Positions 30,872 through 39,287 of a DNA stretch of 64,000 nucleotides are shown here, piece by piece. This stretch comes from an uncultured Prevotellaceae bacterium (GTDB lineage Bacteria; Bacteroidota; Bacteroidia; Bacteroidales; Bacteroidaceae): positions 15,015 to 79,014 of the forward strand of contig ONWA01000018.1 in the NCBI GenBank assembly GCA_900321425.1, given 5' to 3'. Within the stretch, counting starts at the first letter, position 1, and each line of letters opens with the position of its first letter. Under the pieces are notes generated by a model, which saw nothing but the letters and a program-made list of their open reading frames with translations, made no database searches and had not been told where the DNA came from. A program made the translations under genes and the position numbers.

Positions 30872-32007
30872 TACTTCTCCTTTCTAATTTCTTTGGGGTT
30901 CATAGAAAATACATCCTGTCCTTGTGCCTTGAGCCGTTGGTTCAGTACTTGATGGAAAAGGATGTAGCACACCACATCAATTGCGATGATCAGCGTGATA
31001 TCCGTGAAGAAAAACAGACTGATGTTTAAGACGATGAAACATAAGGCGAGTACCAGAATCACAATGAGTGCCTGATGCTGGTTGAGTCCTGTCCTTAAGA
31101 GTTTGTGGTGAATATGGTTCTTGTCGGCACTGAAGATCGGCTTGTGATGCAGTGTCCTCACGATAATCATTCTGGCTACGTCGAAGACGGGCACAATGAG
31201 TAGGGTGTAGGGGAGTAGCAAACCACTCATGCGGAAGGGCATCACCAAGGGGTTGTTCATCGCATACTTCACAAACAGGAAGGCTAGCATAAATCCTAAC
31301 GACAGACTGCCTGAATCGCCCATGAAGATTTTACGGTTTTTGCTGGCATCACCAAACACATTGAAGTAGAAATAGGGTATCAGCACCCCCATCACACCAG
31401 CTATCAAGATGCAGTAGAGATACATTCCCTCTCTCAAAAAACTGATGAGGAACCCTCCTAAGGCAAGAAAGGAAAGACCCGAACAGAGTCCGTCGATGCC
31501 GTCAATCAGGTTGATGGCGTTGGTAATAAATACCATGATGAATATCGTTAGTGGACATCCTATCCAGAACGGAATCTCTTCTATGCCGCACAATCCGTAC
31601 AGATTATTGATATAGAGTCCTGAAAAGGGAATCAAACCTGCTGCCAGAATCTGAACCGCGAATTTGATGGGGGCATTCAAGCCAATGAGGTCGTCAATGA
31701 TTCCTATTCCGTAGATGAGTAGGATGCTGATGACGAACGAGCAAGTCCAGAGGCTAATAATGAGATGGTTCTTGCCCATCATATGGTCGAACACCATGAG
31801 CGCTATCAGGAAGGCTACCAGCATACTTGGCACAAAACTGATACCCCCTAATCGGGGTACATTATTAATGTTGTGTATCTTGCGAGGATTAGGAATGTCG
31901 TATAATCCCTTCTCCTTGCAGAAGCTCAGAATGCCTGGGATAAAGAAAAACCCGCATGCTGAACTGGCGATGAATGCAAATATAATGAGGAGTAGATGTA
32001 ATGTCAT
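30871..32007 (-). CDS. MraY/WecA-family undecaprenyl-phosphate sugar-1-phosphate transferase
   Basis: RKIH, PRLGG, GIIDD, NAINLIDGIDGL, IFMGDSGS, DKNHIHH. Confidence 0.93.
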   Translation of the reverse strand: MTLHLLLIIFAFIASSACGFFFIPGILSFCKEKGLYDIPNPRKIHNINNVPRLGGISFVPSMLVAFLIALMVFDHMMGKNHLIISLWTCSFVISILLIYGIGIIDDLIGLNAPIKFAVQILAAGLIPFSGLYINNLYGLCGIEEIPFWIGCPLTIFIMVFITNAINLIDGIDGLCSGLSFLALGGFLISFLREGMYLYCILIAGVMGVLIPYFYFNVFGDASKNRKIFMGDSGSLSLGFMLAFLFVKYAMNNPLVMPFRMSGLLLPYTLLIVPVFDVARMIIVRTLHHKPIFSADKNHIHHKLLRTGLNQHQALIVILVLALCFIVLNISLFFFTDITLIIAIDVVCYILFHQVLNQRLKAQGQDVFSMNPKEIRKEK

Positions 32008-32054
32008 ATGGTCTTTTAAAATAGATAACGCAGAGTTGACACATTTATTATATA

Positions 32055-32161
32055 AATGACCTCATAACCTCATATTTTCTTCAAAAAACCTTTCAATAAA
32101 GGGCGGAAGGCTATGAGGTGTTTCGCAAACACCTCACACAACACCTCACATCCGACCTCAC
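32055..32161 (+). repeat. Left terminal inverted repeat
   Basis: AATGACCTCA...CCTTTCAATAAAGGGC...TGAGGTGTTTCGCAAACACCTCA...ACCTCAC; reverse-complement match to 33849-33955. Confidence 0.92.
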
Positions 32162-32168
32162 TAAACGT

Positions 32169-32278
32169 AAAGTTGTCCCAAACTCCTGCTAAGGTTGTCC
32201 CTCGTCGCCTCTGAGGTACTACTTCTCCTTCGTTGAGGTACTACTTCTCCTTCGCTGAGGTACTACCTCGTAGCAACA
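32169..32278 (+). repeat. 22-bp period tandem array (2 near-perfect and 3 degenerate units)
   Basis: GAGGTACTACTTCTCCTTCG(T/C)T at 32213 and 32235, GAGGTACTACCTCG at 32257; GTTGTCCC at 32172 and 32194 in the same register. Confidence 0.85.
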
Positions 32279-32559
32279 AGCCTTTTCTCTATCAGCGAAA
32301 AGGCTTGTTGGTGACAGAGAGAAGCCGTATCGCTAATAGCGAGAAAAGATAGCTTAAAAATTGTAATAACATTTCGCAATCGAGTAATTTTCGGCGTTTG
32401 GGCGCTATGCTAAGGAAAATTTGCGCGCTAGGCAGCGAGAAAATTTTCCTTGGGCAGAAAACAAGTTTTTTATAGGGTAGTGGCCAATATGAAATTTTAC
32501 TTCGTGCTTTTTTTCGTGCTTTTTTGTTCCAAAAATTCGTAAACCGCAATTTTTTTTTG

Positions 32560-32567
32560 TACCTTTG
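32560..32567 (+). promoter_or_regulatory. Bacteroidota -7 promoter for the VapE-like gene
   Basis: TACCTTTG(CA) about 100 nt upstream of ATG 32665, followed by an A-rich leader. Confidence 0.7.
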
Positions 32568-32664
32568 CACTCACAACATAGAAACTGGTTGAAAAACACC
32601 AGCCTATTGATTTATTAACTAAAAAATTTTTAAGAAAGAAAATCTACTCATTCATGGAGAGGCT

Positions 32665-33843
32665 ATGAATGCTTCTCTGCAAGGGATGCTCGCAGTAGAG
32701 CAGTTCCTACACGACAATTACCTTTTCCGTCGCAATGTGCTGAACGGAAAGGTAGAGTTTTCCATCAAGTCAGCTGAGGGCGAGCCAACCGTGTTCCGTC
32801 CACTGTCGCAGCAGGCGCTCAACAGCATCGTCCTTCGTGCGAAGCGTGAGGCGATTGTGGAGAAGGGTAATCCGAAGACGGATATCATGGAGTATATCCA
32901 CTCTGAGGAGGTGCCCGTATTCGACCCTATTCAGGTGTATCTGAGCGAGTTGCCTGCATGGGACGGACAGAATCATGTGGCCCAGCTCTTCAGTCGTCTG
33001 CCAGGCATCAGCTCTGAGCAATTGGGCTATCTGAGTATCTGGTTGCGCTCTTGTGTGGCCCATTGGATGCAAATGGACACCCTACACGGTAACGAGTGCG
33101 TACCTACGCTGATTGGTGCCCAGGGATGTGGAAAGACCACCTTCCTGCGCCGTCTCTTGCCTCCGCATCTGCGCCAGTACTATCTGGATCACCTGAATCT
33201 CTCGAACAAGTTTGACAAAGAGATGGCGCTGACCAACAATCTGCTGGTGAACCTCGACGAGTTGGAAGCCATTCGTCCCAGTCAGCATGCGGCCTTGAAG
33301 CAGACACTCTCCAAGAGCAAGGTGAACGGTCGACCGATCTATGGTGCCTCGCAGGAAGACCGTCCTCGCTACGCGTCGTTTGTGGCTACCACCAACAACA
33401 AGCATCCTTTGACAGACGTGACAGGCAGTCGTCGCTATATCTGTCTGCTCATTCCTGACGGTCAGCTCATCGACAATGCAGGCGAAATTAACTACGACCA
33501 GTTGTATGCTCAAGTGCTTTACGAGCTGCGCGAGTTGAAGGCTCCCTATTGGTTTAATAACGACGAGGTGGCTCGTATGCAGGAAATCAACCAGGAGTTT
33601 ATGGGCGAGAAGGATATGGCGAAGCTTGTTGAGGCCTGTTTTCGCAAGCCCAAAGAAGGTGAGAAGGTGAAATCCATCAGTTGCACGCAGATCCTTGAAT
33701 GGATTCATCGTGAATATCCTTCAGTCGAATCGAATCACAGTACAAGGATCCATGTGGGTATGGCGATGAAGGAGTTGGGTTATGAGCATGTCGATCACTG
33801 TCATGTTGCGTTCTATAAGGCCATTCCTAAAAAGACAGCATGA
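32665..33843 (+). CDS. VapE/VirE-like P-loop ATPase (SF3 helicase-like) with a DUF3874-like C-terminus
   Basis: Walker A GAQGCGKTT, Walker B LLVNLDELE, motif C FVATTNN, LTDVTGSRRY; no N-terminal primase-like domain. Confidence 0.85.
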   Translation: MNASLQGMLAVEQFLHDNYLFRRNVLNGKVEFSIKSAEGEPTVFRPLSQQALNSIVLRAKREAIVEKGNPKTDIMEYIHSEEVPVFDPIQVYLSELPAWDGQNHVAQLFSRLPGISSEQLGYLSIWLRSCVAHWMQMDTLHGNECVPTLIGAQGCGKTTFLRRLLPPHLRQYYLDHLNLSNKFDKEMALTNNLLVNLDELEAIRPSQHAALKQTLSKSKVNGRPIYGASQEDRPRYASFVATTNNKHPLTDVTGSRRYICLLIPDGQLIDNAGEINYDQLYAQVLYELRELKAPYWFNNDEVARMQEINQEFMGEKDMAKLVEACFRKPKEGEKVKSISCTQILEWIHREYPSVESNHSTRIHVGMAMKELGYEHVDHCHVAFYKAIPKKTA

Positions 33844-33848
33844 AAAAT

Positions 33849-33955
33849 GTGAGGTGTTGTATGAGGTGTTGTATGAGGTGTTTCGCAAACACCTCATATT
33901 CTTCTGCCCTTTATTGAAAGGCTTTCTGAGAGAAATATGAGGTGGTGAGGTCATT
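33849..33955 (-). repeat. Right terminal inverted repeat
   Basis: Begins 5 nt after the ATPase stop; TGAGGT boxes at 12-bp spacing; inverted copy of 32055-32161. Confidence 0.92.
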
Positions 33956-34195
33956 CCCTGTTGTTTTCTATAATTATCCAAATTAGGATAATCCTATTTA
34001 GGATAATTTATCATTTGATCCCAATGCTTCCGCCCTTTGTAGTCCTCAAAGCCGCCTCTTTGCCATGAGTCTCTCAGGAAAAGCTATATCGTAACGTTAG
34101 CAAGACATTCCTCAGGCCCTTGTGGCCTATACAGAAAAAGTCAAACGCGTACAATATTCTAATGGATATTGCGTTACAATAATAAACCAAATATC

Positions 34196-34951
34196 GTGAA
34201 AGTCTCAATTATAACAGCTACATACAATAGTGCAGCAACATTGGAAGACACAATAAAGTCTGTTTTACAACAGACCTATTCTAATATTGAATATATCATT
34301 ATAGATGGTGCGTCTAAAGATAATACTTTGGATATCGTAAAGCAATATGAGCCGCAGTTTGGCGAACGCCTGAAATGGTTGTCGGAAAATGACAGTGGCA
34401 TCTATGATGCTATGAATAAGGGAATAAAAATGGCAACTGGCGAAATAGTAGGAATACTTAATTCAGATGACTATTTCACGAGTCCTGATGTCATAGAACG
34501 CATGGCATCAGCTTTTGACGATAAGACTTTAGATGCTATATATGGCGATATTCACTTCATTCGTGACGGTTATCCTGATAAGTGTGTTCGCTACTATAGT
34601 TCCAAGCCTTTCCGTCCTCTTTGGCTCCGCTTTGGCTTTATGCCTGCCCATCCCTCGTTCTATTGTCGCAAAGAGGTGTTTGAGAAAGCAGGCCTTTACA
34701 AAACAGATTATAAGATAGGTTCAGACTATGAGATGATGGTTCGTCTGTTTATGGTGCATAGGATACGAGCCAAATATCTGCCAATCGATTTTGTCACGAT
34801 GCGAACAGGCGGTGCCAGCACCCGTAATGTAAAGAGCCGCTTGCAACTCATCAAAGACGACGTGCGTGGCTGTCGTGAGAATGGCATATATACCAATCCG
34901 TTGATGATCAGCATGAAGTTCTTATATAAGGTTTTTGAGTTTAAGTGGTAG
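34196..34951 (+). CDS. GT2 glycosyltransferase (WcaE-like), oriented opposite to the capsule operon
   Basis: VSIITATYN, IIDGASKDNT, GIYDAMNKG, GILNSDD, HPSFY, DYEMM; GTG start. Confidence 0.92.
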   Translation: MKVSIITATYNSAATLEDTIKSVLQQTYSNIEYIIIDGASKDNTLDIVKQYEPQFGERLKWLSENDSGIYDAMNKGIKMATGEIVGILNSDDYFTSPDVIERMASAFDDKTLDAIYGDIHFIRDGYPDKCVRYYSSKPFRPLWLRFGFMPAHPSFYCRKEVFEKAGLYKTDYKIGSDYEMMVRLFMVHRIRAKYLPIDFVTMRTGGASTRNVKSRLQLIKDDVRGCRENGIYTNPLMISMKFLYKVFEFKW

Positions 34952-34984
34952 CGTAAGCAGAGATATCGAGAAAAAGTTTCGCTT

Positions 34985-35941
34985 TTAGTGCTGTTCCATC
35001 CACGCTAGAGTTCGTTTGATGCCAGTTATTCTGTCAACAGGTGGATTGGGAGCTATCTTCATTGTATTTTGTAGTGGGACAATATTGTCTGTTGTCATAT
35101 TCTTCAGCCTGAATGATGTCATGGGGAAGTGAATTCCCACCAATTTTAGTAAGTCGCCTCCCCAGGCAGCCACACGAATGAGCCAGAATGGAACACGCGG
35201 CACCTTCCGTCCTAATGCTGCGGCTATCTGATTTGCCCATTCTTCAATGAAAATAGCAGGTTCATCTCCCAGGTAGAACACTTTGTTGCTTTCATCGGTG
35301 GTGGGGTTGTTTAGTATTTTGTCTATCTGATAGACAGCGTTCTCTATGTAACCATAGGTCTTGGTACACGAACGATGACCAATATGAAAAAACATACCAG
35401 CCTTTACGGTGTCGAAGAAGTTACGGTATGGTACACCAAACCAAGGCCCCCACATGGATGTCGGTCGCAAGATAGCCCAGTCACATTGCGGCTTGTTCGC
35501 CCATGTCAGTTTTTCGGTTATAACCTTACTCTCGCCATAGAAGGTTGATGGTGCATAGTCTTTCTGATTCTTTGGAATATAACCTGTATGGCATACCAGC
35601 ATGGATGAGGTGATAAGGATTTTTTTCAATCCTTTTACTGTTGTTGCTACTTTTAGTATGTTTTCTACGCCTATGGTATTTGCGCTATAGTCATCTACAG
35701 ATTTGCCGTCAAGGTCGGTGCGAGCTGCAAGATGAACGATATAGTCGGGTTGAAAGCTTTGGATACAAGTGTGGATAGCTTCGTAGTCTGTGATATCACA
35801 ACGTTCCCATACATCGTTCGCTTGTGGATGCTTGGGCGCTTTGACGTCTATGTTCTTTACAGTCCATCCTTGCTTGATATAGTAGTCGACAAGATTTGTG
35901 CCTATAAAGCCAGAACCTCCAGTGATAAGTATTTTACTCAT
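34985..35941 (-). CDS. NAD-dependent epimerase/dehydratase
   Basis: ITGGSGFIG, HLAA, YGESK, ILRP. Confidence 0.9.
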   Translation of the reverse strand: MSKILITGGSGFIGTNLVDYYIKQGWTVKNIDVKAPKHPQANDVWERCDITDYEAIHTCIQSFQPDYIVHLAARTDLDGKSVDDYSANTIGVENILKVATTVKGLKKILITSSMLVCHTGYIPKNQKDYAPSTFYGESKVITEKLTWANKPQCDWAILRPTSMWGPWFGVPYRNFFDTVKAGMFFHIGHRSCTKTYGYIENAVYQIDKILNNPTTDESNKVFYLGDEPAIFIEEWANQIAAALGRKVPRVPFWLIRVAAWGGDLLKLVGIHFPMTSFRLKNMTTDNIVPLQNTMKIAPNPPVDRITGIKRTLAWMEQH

Positions 35942-35951
35942 ATTTTCTTTT

Positions 35952-37103
35952 TTATTGCTTATAAATCTTAATCATATCTTCTGCAATCTTCTTCCATGAC
36001 AATTCCCCTGTGCCATAACTTTGTTTGATCTCATCGGAATAGCTTTTTACTTTTTCTGGGTGTTTCCATAGTAAAGTGATAGCATTTGCCAAAGAGTTGA
36101 TATCCTTTTCCTTAATAACGAGTCCGTAATGATTATGGCGAACCATTTCAGGCAAGCCGCCGACATTGGTGGCTATAACAGGCTTGTCAAAAGCAAAAGC
36201 CGACATAATCACGCCACTTTGGGTTGCATCTGTATATGGACATACCATAAAGGCACAATTACGAATAAGGGCAACTAGTTCGCTGTCAGGAATAAAAAGA
36301 TTCCGGATATCAATATAGTCTAATGACTGATAACGGCTAATCTCGAAATGAAATTTACCTCCTCCAGCTATAACGAGTTGACAGTCAGGACATGTTTTAT
36401 GGACCCCTTCCATAGCAGGTAAAAGAAAATCAAGTCCTTTATATGGAGAAATACGGCCAGAGAAAAGTATGTACGTTGCTTCTTGGGGCACGTTGGTATA
36501 GTCGGGAGTGATAGTATGGAGATAGTTGTAACTGCTCAGCCTGCTGTTGAAAACCCGGTGCTCTGGTAGGTGATAGAATTCGAGAAACTCTTTGCGCTGG
36601 GTCTGGTTCAATATGATGAGTCGAGGAATGAGACAAAAAGCCACTTTTCTTCTCAGTCTTACGATAAAAGAGTCATGTCCTGTATGGGGAAAGGGGTCGT
36701 GAACTGTGAGTACCATTTTTCCTCTTAATACATAGAGAATAAACTCATACAGATTGGGTGGCCACGCACAATGAATTATGTCAAACTTATTACGTAAGAG
36801 AAACAGAAATAGTATCAAGTGTGTCCAGAACGACTTGATGAGCCAGTACCTTCCAGTGGTATTCAGAACATAACACTTGTCAAGATCAATAAAATCCTTG
36901 AGTTTTTGGTACTCTGGATAGATGTCTTTTGCTTTATATAGGCCAGATTTTGCATATAGCTTCTGAAAACAGAAAGCAGGCCCTTTCATGAATCGTGGGT
37001 TTACCTCCATGATATAGGTGACATCTGCTAACTTCTGAAGTTCATGCATGTATGATAAATCAACGTCAGAGAGTTGTATTTTTCCTAAATATACTATTTT
37101 CAT
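35952..37103 (-). CDS. GT4 glycosyltransferase
   Basis: FSGRISPYKGLD, PYTDATQSGV, KPVIATNVGGLPE. Confidence 0.9.
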   Translation of the reverse strand: MKIVYLGKIQLSDVDLSYMHELQKLADVTYIMEVNPRFMKGPAFCFQKLYAKSGLYKAKDIYPEYQKLKDFIDLDKCYVLNTTGRYWLIKSFWTHLILFLFLLRNKFDIIHCAWPPNLYEFILYVLRGKMVLTVHDPFPHTGHDSFIVRLRRKVAFCLIPRLIILNQTQRKEFLEFYHLPEHRVFNSRLSSYNYLHTITPDYTNVPQEATYILFSGRISPYKGLDFLLPAMEGVHKTCPDCQLVIAGGGKFHFEISRYQSLDYIDIRNLFIPDSELVALIRNCAFMVCPYTDATQSGVIMSAFAFDKPVIATNVGGLPEMVRHNHYGLVIKEKDINSLANAITLLWKHPEKVKSYSDEIKQSYGTGELSWKKIAEDMIKIYKQ

Positions 37104-37112
37104 ATTAGTGAG

Positions 37113-38273
37113 TTAGAGTATGTTTTCTTGTAACAAAATATCATTTAGTCTGCTAATTCCAGTTTCTAGTGAAAAGCACTTCTTGAAAGTTTGGTACACG
37201 ATGTTCGGATCCATTTCTGATGTAAGTAACTGATGAAGTTTTTTGCCAAAGGATTCTTCATTATGGTATGAGTAGACGCAGCCTGCAATCTCCAAAGGTT
37301 CATATCCTGCAGCAGAAATTTGGTGACAGAGCACGGGTAGTCCTTGTTTCAAACCATCCATGACGCGAAGTTTCAGTCCACTACCAGCATTAATGGGGCA
37401 AATATAGTAGTTGGCCTGACTGACCAGAGCTGCCATATCATCAGGATTGGGTATTATAGTAATGCTATTGTCATCTTTACACGTTTTATACAATATCTGT
37501 GATGGATTCCTGCCGGCAATAGTTAATGTTGCCTCATGACATACTTCCTTGACTAGTGGCCAATAGTGTTGTATAAACTCTATAATGGGGTTCAATGACT
37601 GCATGAAATATAGTGAACCTGTGATAATAAAATGGGGCTCTTTATGTTTGGGGGATAATGTCTTATCTTCCATGGGACGGTAGTCGAAAGTTCCCCAAGG
37701 ATAAAGATGCATATCGCGATCTGGGTACCAAGACTTAAACTCCAAAGCATCCTTTTCCGTCAATGTTAGGTTGATGTCGCTATACTGCAGACAGTCTTTT
37801 TCAGCTTTTAAAGCATAATGGATGTAAGGCCAACGGAAAAGAATGGAGTATTCTTTCCGATTGTCGTGTTGGTAGTCGCGTTCCACATTGTGGTGGATGG
37901 TAATTATCTTGGCTCCAGTGTCTTTAATGGCCTTGACAAGTAATGCTCCGGCAAAGCTATGATCGACAACGATAATATCGTAGGCGTGATCTTTCAAATG
38001 TCGTTTAACGTATGGCTCATTGGCGCAAATCTTGCCTCGCCAAACATCGAGTCCTTTGGTAATTCTGCTGCGCTGGTCATGGTATGGGTAGAGTTTTACA
38101 TTGGCAGGAATATATATGGTGGCATCACCCTCGAAAGCAGGACAAATGAGTGAACAATCATCAAAGATGGATGCTAAACAGTGAATGAATCCTTTTGTCG
38201 CATTGGCTCCTCCATTATTCTCATGAAGACGATGACGGGTAATGATTAGTAATCGCTTTTGTATCATAGTCAT
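37113..38273 (-). CDS. GT4-like glycosyltransferase
   Basis: HNVE, IAGRNP, PINAGSGLKLRVMDGLKQGLPV. Confidence 0.85.
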   Translation of the reverse strand: MTMIQKRLLIITRHRLHENNGGANATKGFIHCLASIFDDCSLICPAFEGDATIYIPANVKLYPYHDQRSRITKGLDVWRGKICANEPYVKRHLKDHAYDIIVVDHSFAGALLVKAIKDTGAKIITIHHNVERDYQHDNRKEYSILFRWPYIHYALKAEKDCLQYSDINLTLTEKDALEFKSWYPDRDMHLYPWGTFDYRPMEDKTLSPKHKEPHFIITGSLYFMQSLNPIIEFIQHYWPLVKEVCHEATLTIAGRNPSQILYKTCKDDNSITIIPNPDDMAALVSQANYYICPINAGSGLKLRVMDGLKQGLPVLCHQISAAGYEPLEIAGCVYSYHNEESFGKKLHQLLTSEMDPNIVYQTFKKCFSLETGISRLNDILLQENIL

Positions 38274-38291
38274 TATTGCTTGTATAGTTTT

Positions 38292-39278
38292 CTACTTGAA
38301 CCTTTTGATGATGGGATTTAGCGCGATTCGGAGTCTCGTCATCATTGAAATGTACTTTAGAGCTTTGAAGTTAAGCTTTCTAAGAAGATTGACATTCTTT
38401 TGCTGACTTTTATAGTAGAAAGTTCCTTCTGCCTTGATATGTTTGTCAAATATGAGCAAATCTTCTTTCTCTTGGATGACTATAAGCATTCTGTATGCAA
38501 AATCTATTGCATTCTTAACACAGTAATCGATGATAGGGAAAGTGTCTCTTTTTAGCGATTTATGGAATGATATCAATACTTTTGCTACGGCAATACTATC
38601 TTTGTAGTGTTTTTTCATTCCGACAACATCAACACTCTGACCTTCACGTCCGATTCTGTACTGATATAGACACAGGTTTGTAAAGGTGATGTTTGAACAA
38701 TAGGCAAGCCCTTTGGTCCTGTATTCATTATCTGTATAGAAGCACTTTTCAGAAACTCGGACATGATGGCCTTGAAGAATGGATGTCTTAAAAGCAACAG
38801 CATGCATCTCCAAGCCTTCCATAATACTCAAATCTTTAAGTGTATAGGTTTTGAACAAGTCGTAATCTTTAGATAAGTTAGAGACTTCAACTGTCTTTCC
38901 TGTGTGGTCATCAAAAAGGCGATACGGCGTATAAATTACATCACTATTAGCTGTCTCAAGATGGTATAGTAGTATGTCTAAGTTTTGTGTGTCGAAGAAG
39001 TCATCGCCATCAAGTAGTTTGAAATATTTGCCCGTTGCGTGTTCAATGGAATAGTTGACAGTCGAACCCCATCCGCCATTGTTTTTGTGTACAGGGATGA
39101 TACAATTAGGGTACTTTTGGGCATAGCTTTTTGCTATTTGTAGAGTTTGGTCTTTCCCTCCGTCATCTACTACAAATATCTCTAACTTCTCAATGTTCTT
39201 ACAACAAAGAGAGTCCAATGTTTGTTTTATAAATTTTTCTACATTGTAGCCTGCAATAGATATGGTAAGTAGTTTCAT
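38292..39278 (-). CDS. GT2 glycosyltransferase
   Basis: YNVEKFI, VVDDGGKD, NGGWGS, LLDGDD, YTDNE. Confidence 0.9.
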   Translation of the reverse strand: MKLLTISIAGYNVEKFIKQTLDSLCCKNIEKLEIFVVDDGGKDQTLQIAKSYAQKYPNCIIPVHKNNGGWGSTVNYSIEHATGKYFKLLDGDDFFDTQNLDILLYHLETANSDVIYTPYRLFDDHTGKTVEVSNLSKDYDLFKTYTLKDLSIMEGLEMHAVAFKTSILQGHHVRVSEKCFYTDNEYRTKGLAYCSNITFTNLCLYQYRIGREGQSVDVVGMKKHYKDSIAVAKVLISFHKSLKRDTFPIIDYCVKNAIDFAYRMLIVIQEKEDLLIFDKHIKAEGTFYYKSQQKNVNLLRKLNFKALKYISMMTRLRIALNPIIKRFK

Positions 39279-39287
39279 GTTTATTAT

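Larger units (their letters stand above)
32055..33955. mobile_element. Putative 1.9-kb TIR-bounded element carrying only a VapE-like ATPase
   Basis: 107-bp terminal inverted repeats (88/107 identical by hand, ungapped) enclosing an iteron-like array, a promoter and one ORF; no transposase or TSD seen. Confidence 0.6.

Noticed and set aside
32169-32278. Possible CRISPR array
   Set aside because: Units are contiguous 22-mers without unique spacers, and there are no cas genes in the window.
32292-32599. Short minus-strand ORFs inside the element (92 and 64 aa)
   Set aside because: They overlap the promoter and T-tracts; the MQRY start is simply the reverse complement of TACCTTTGCA.
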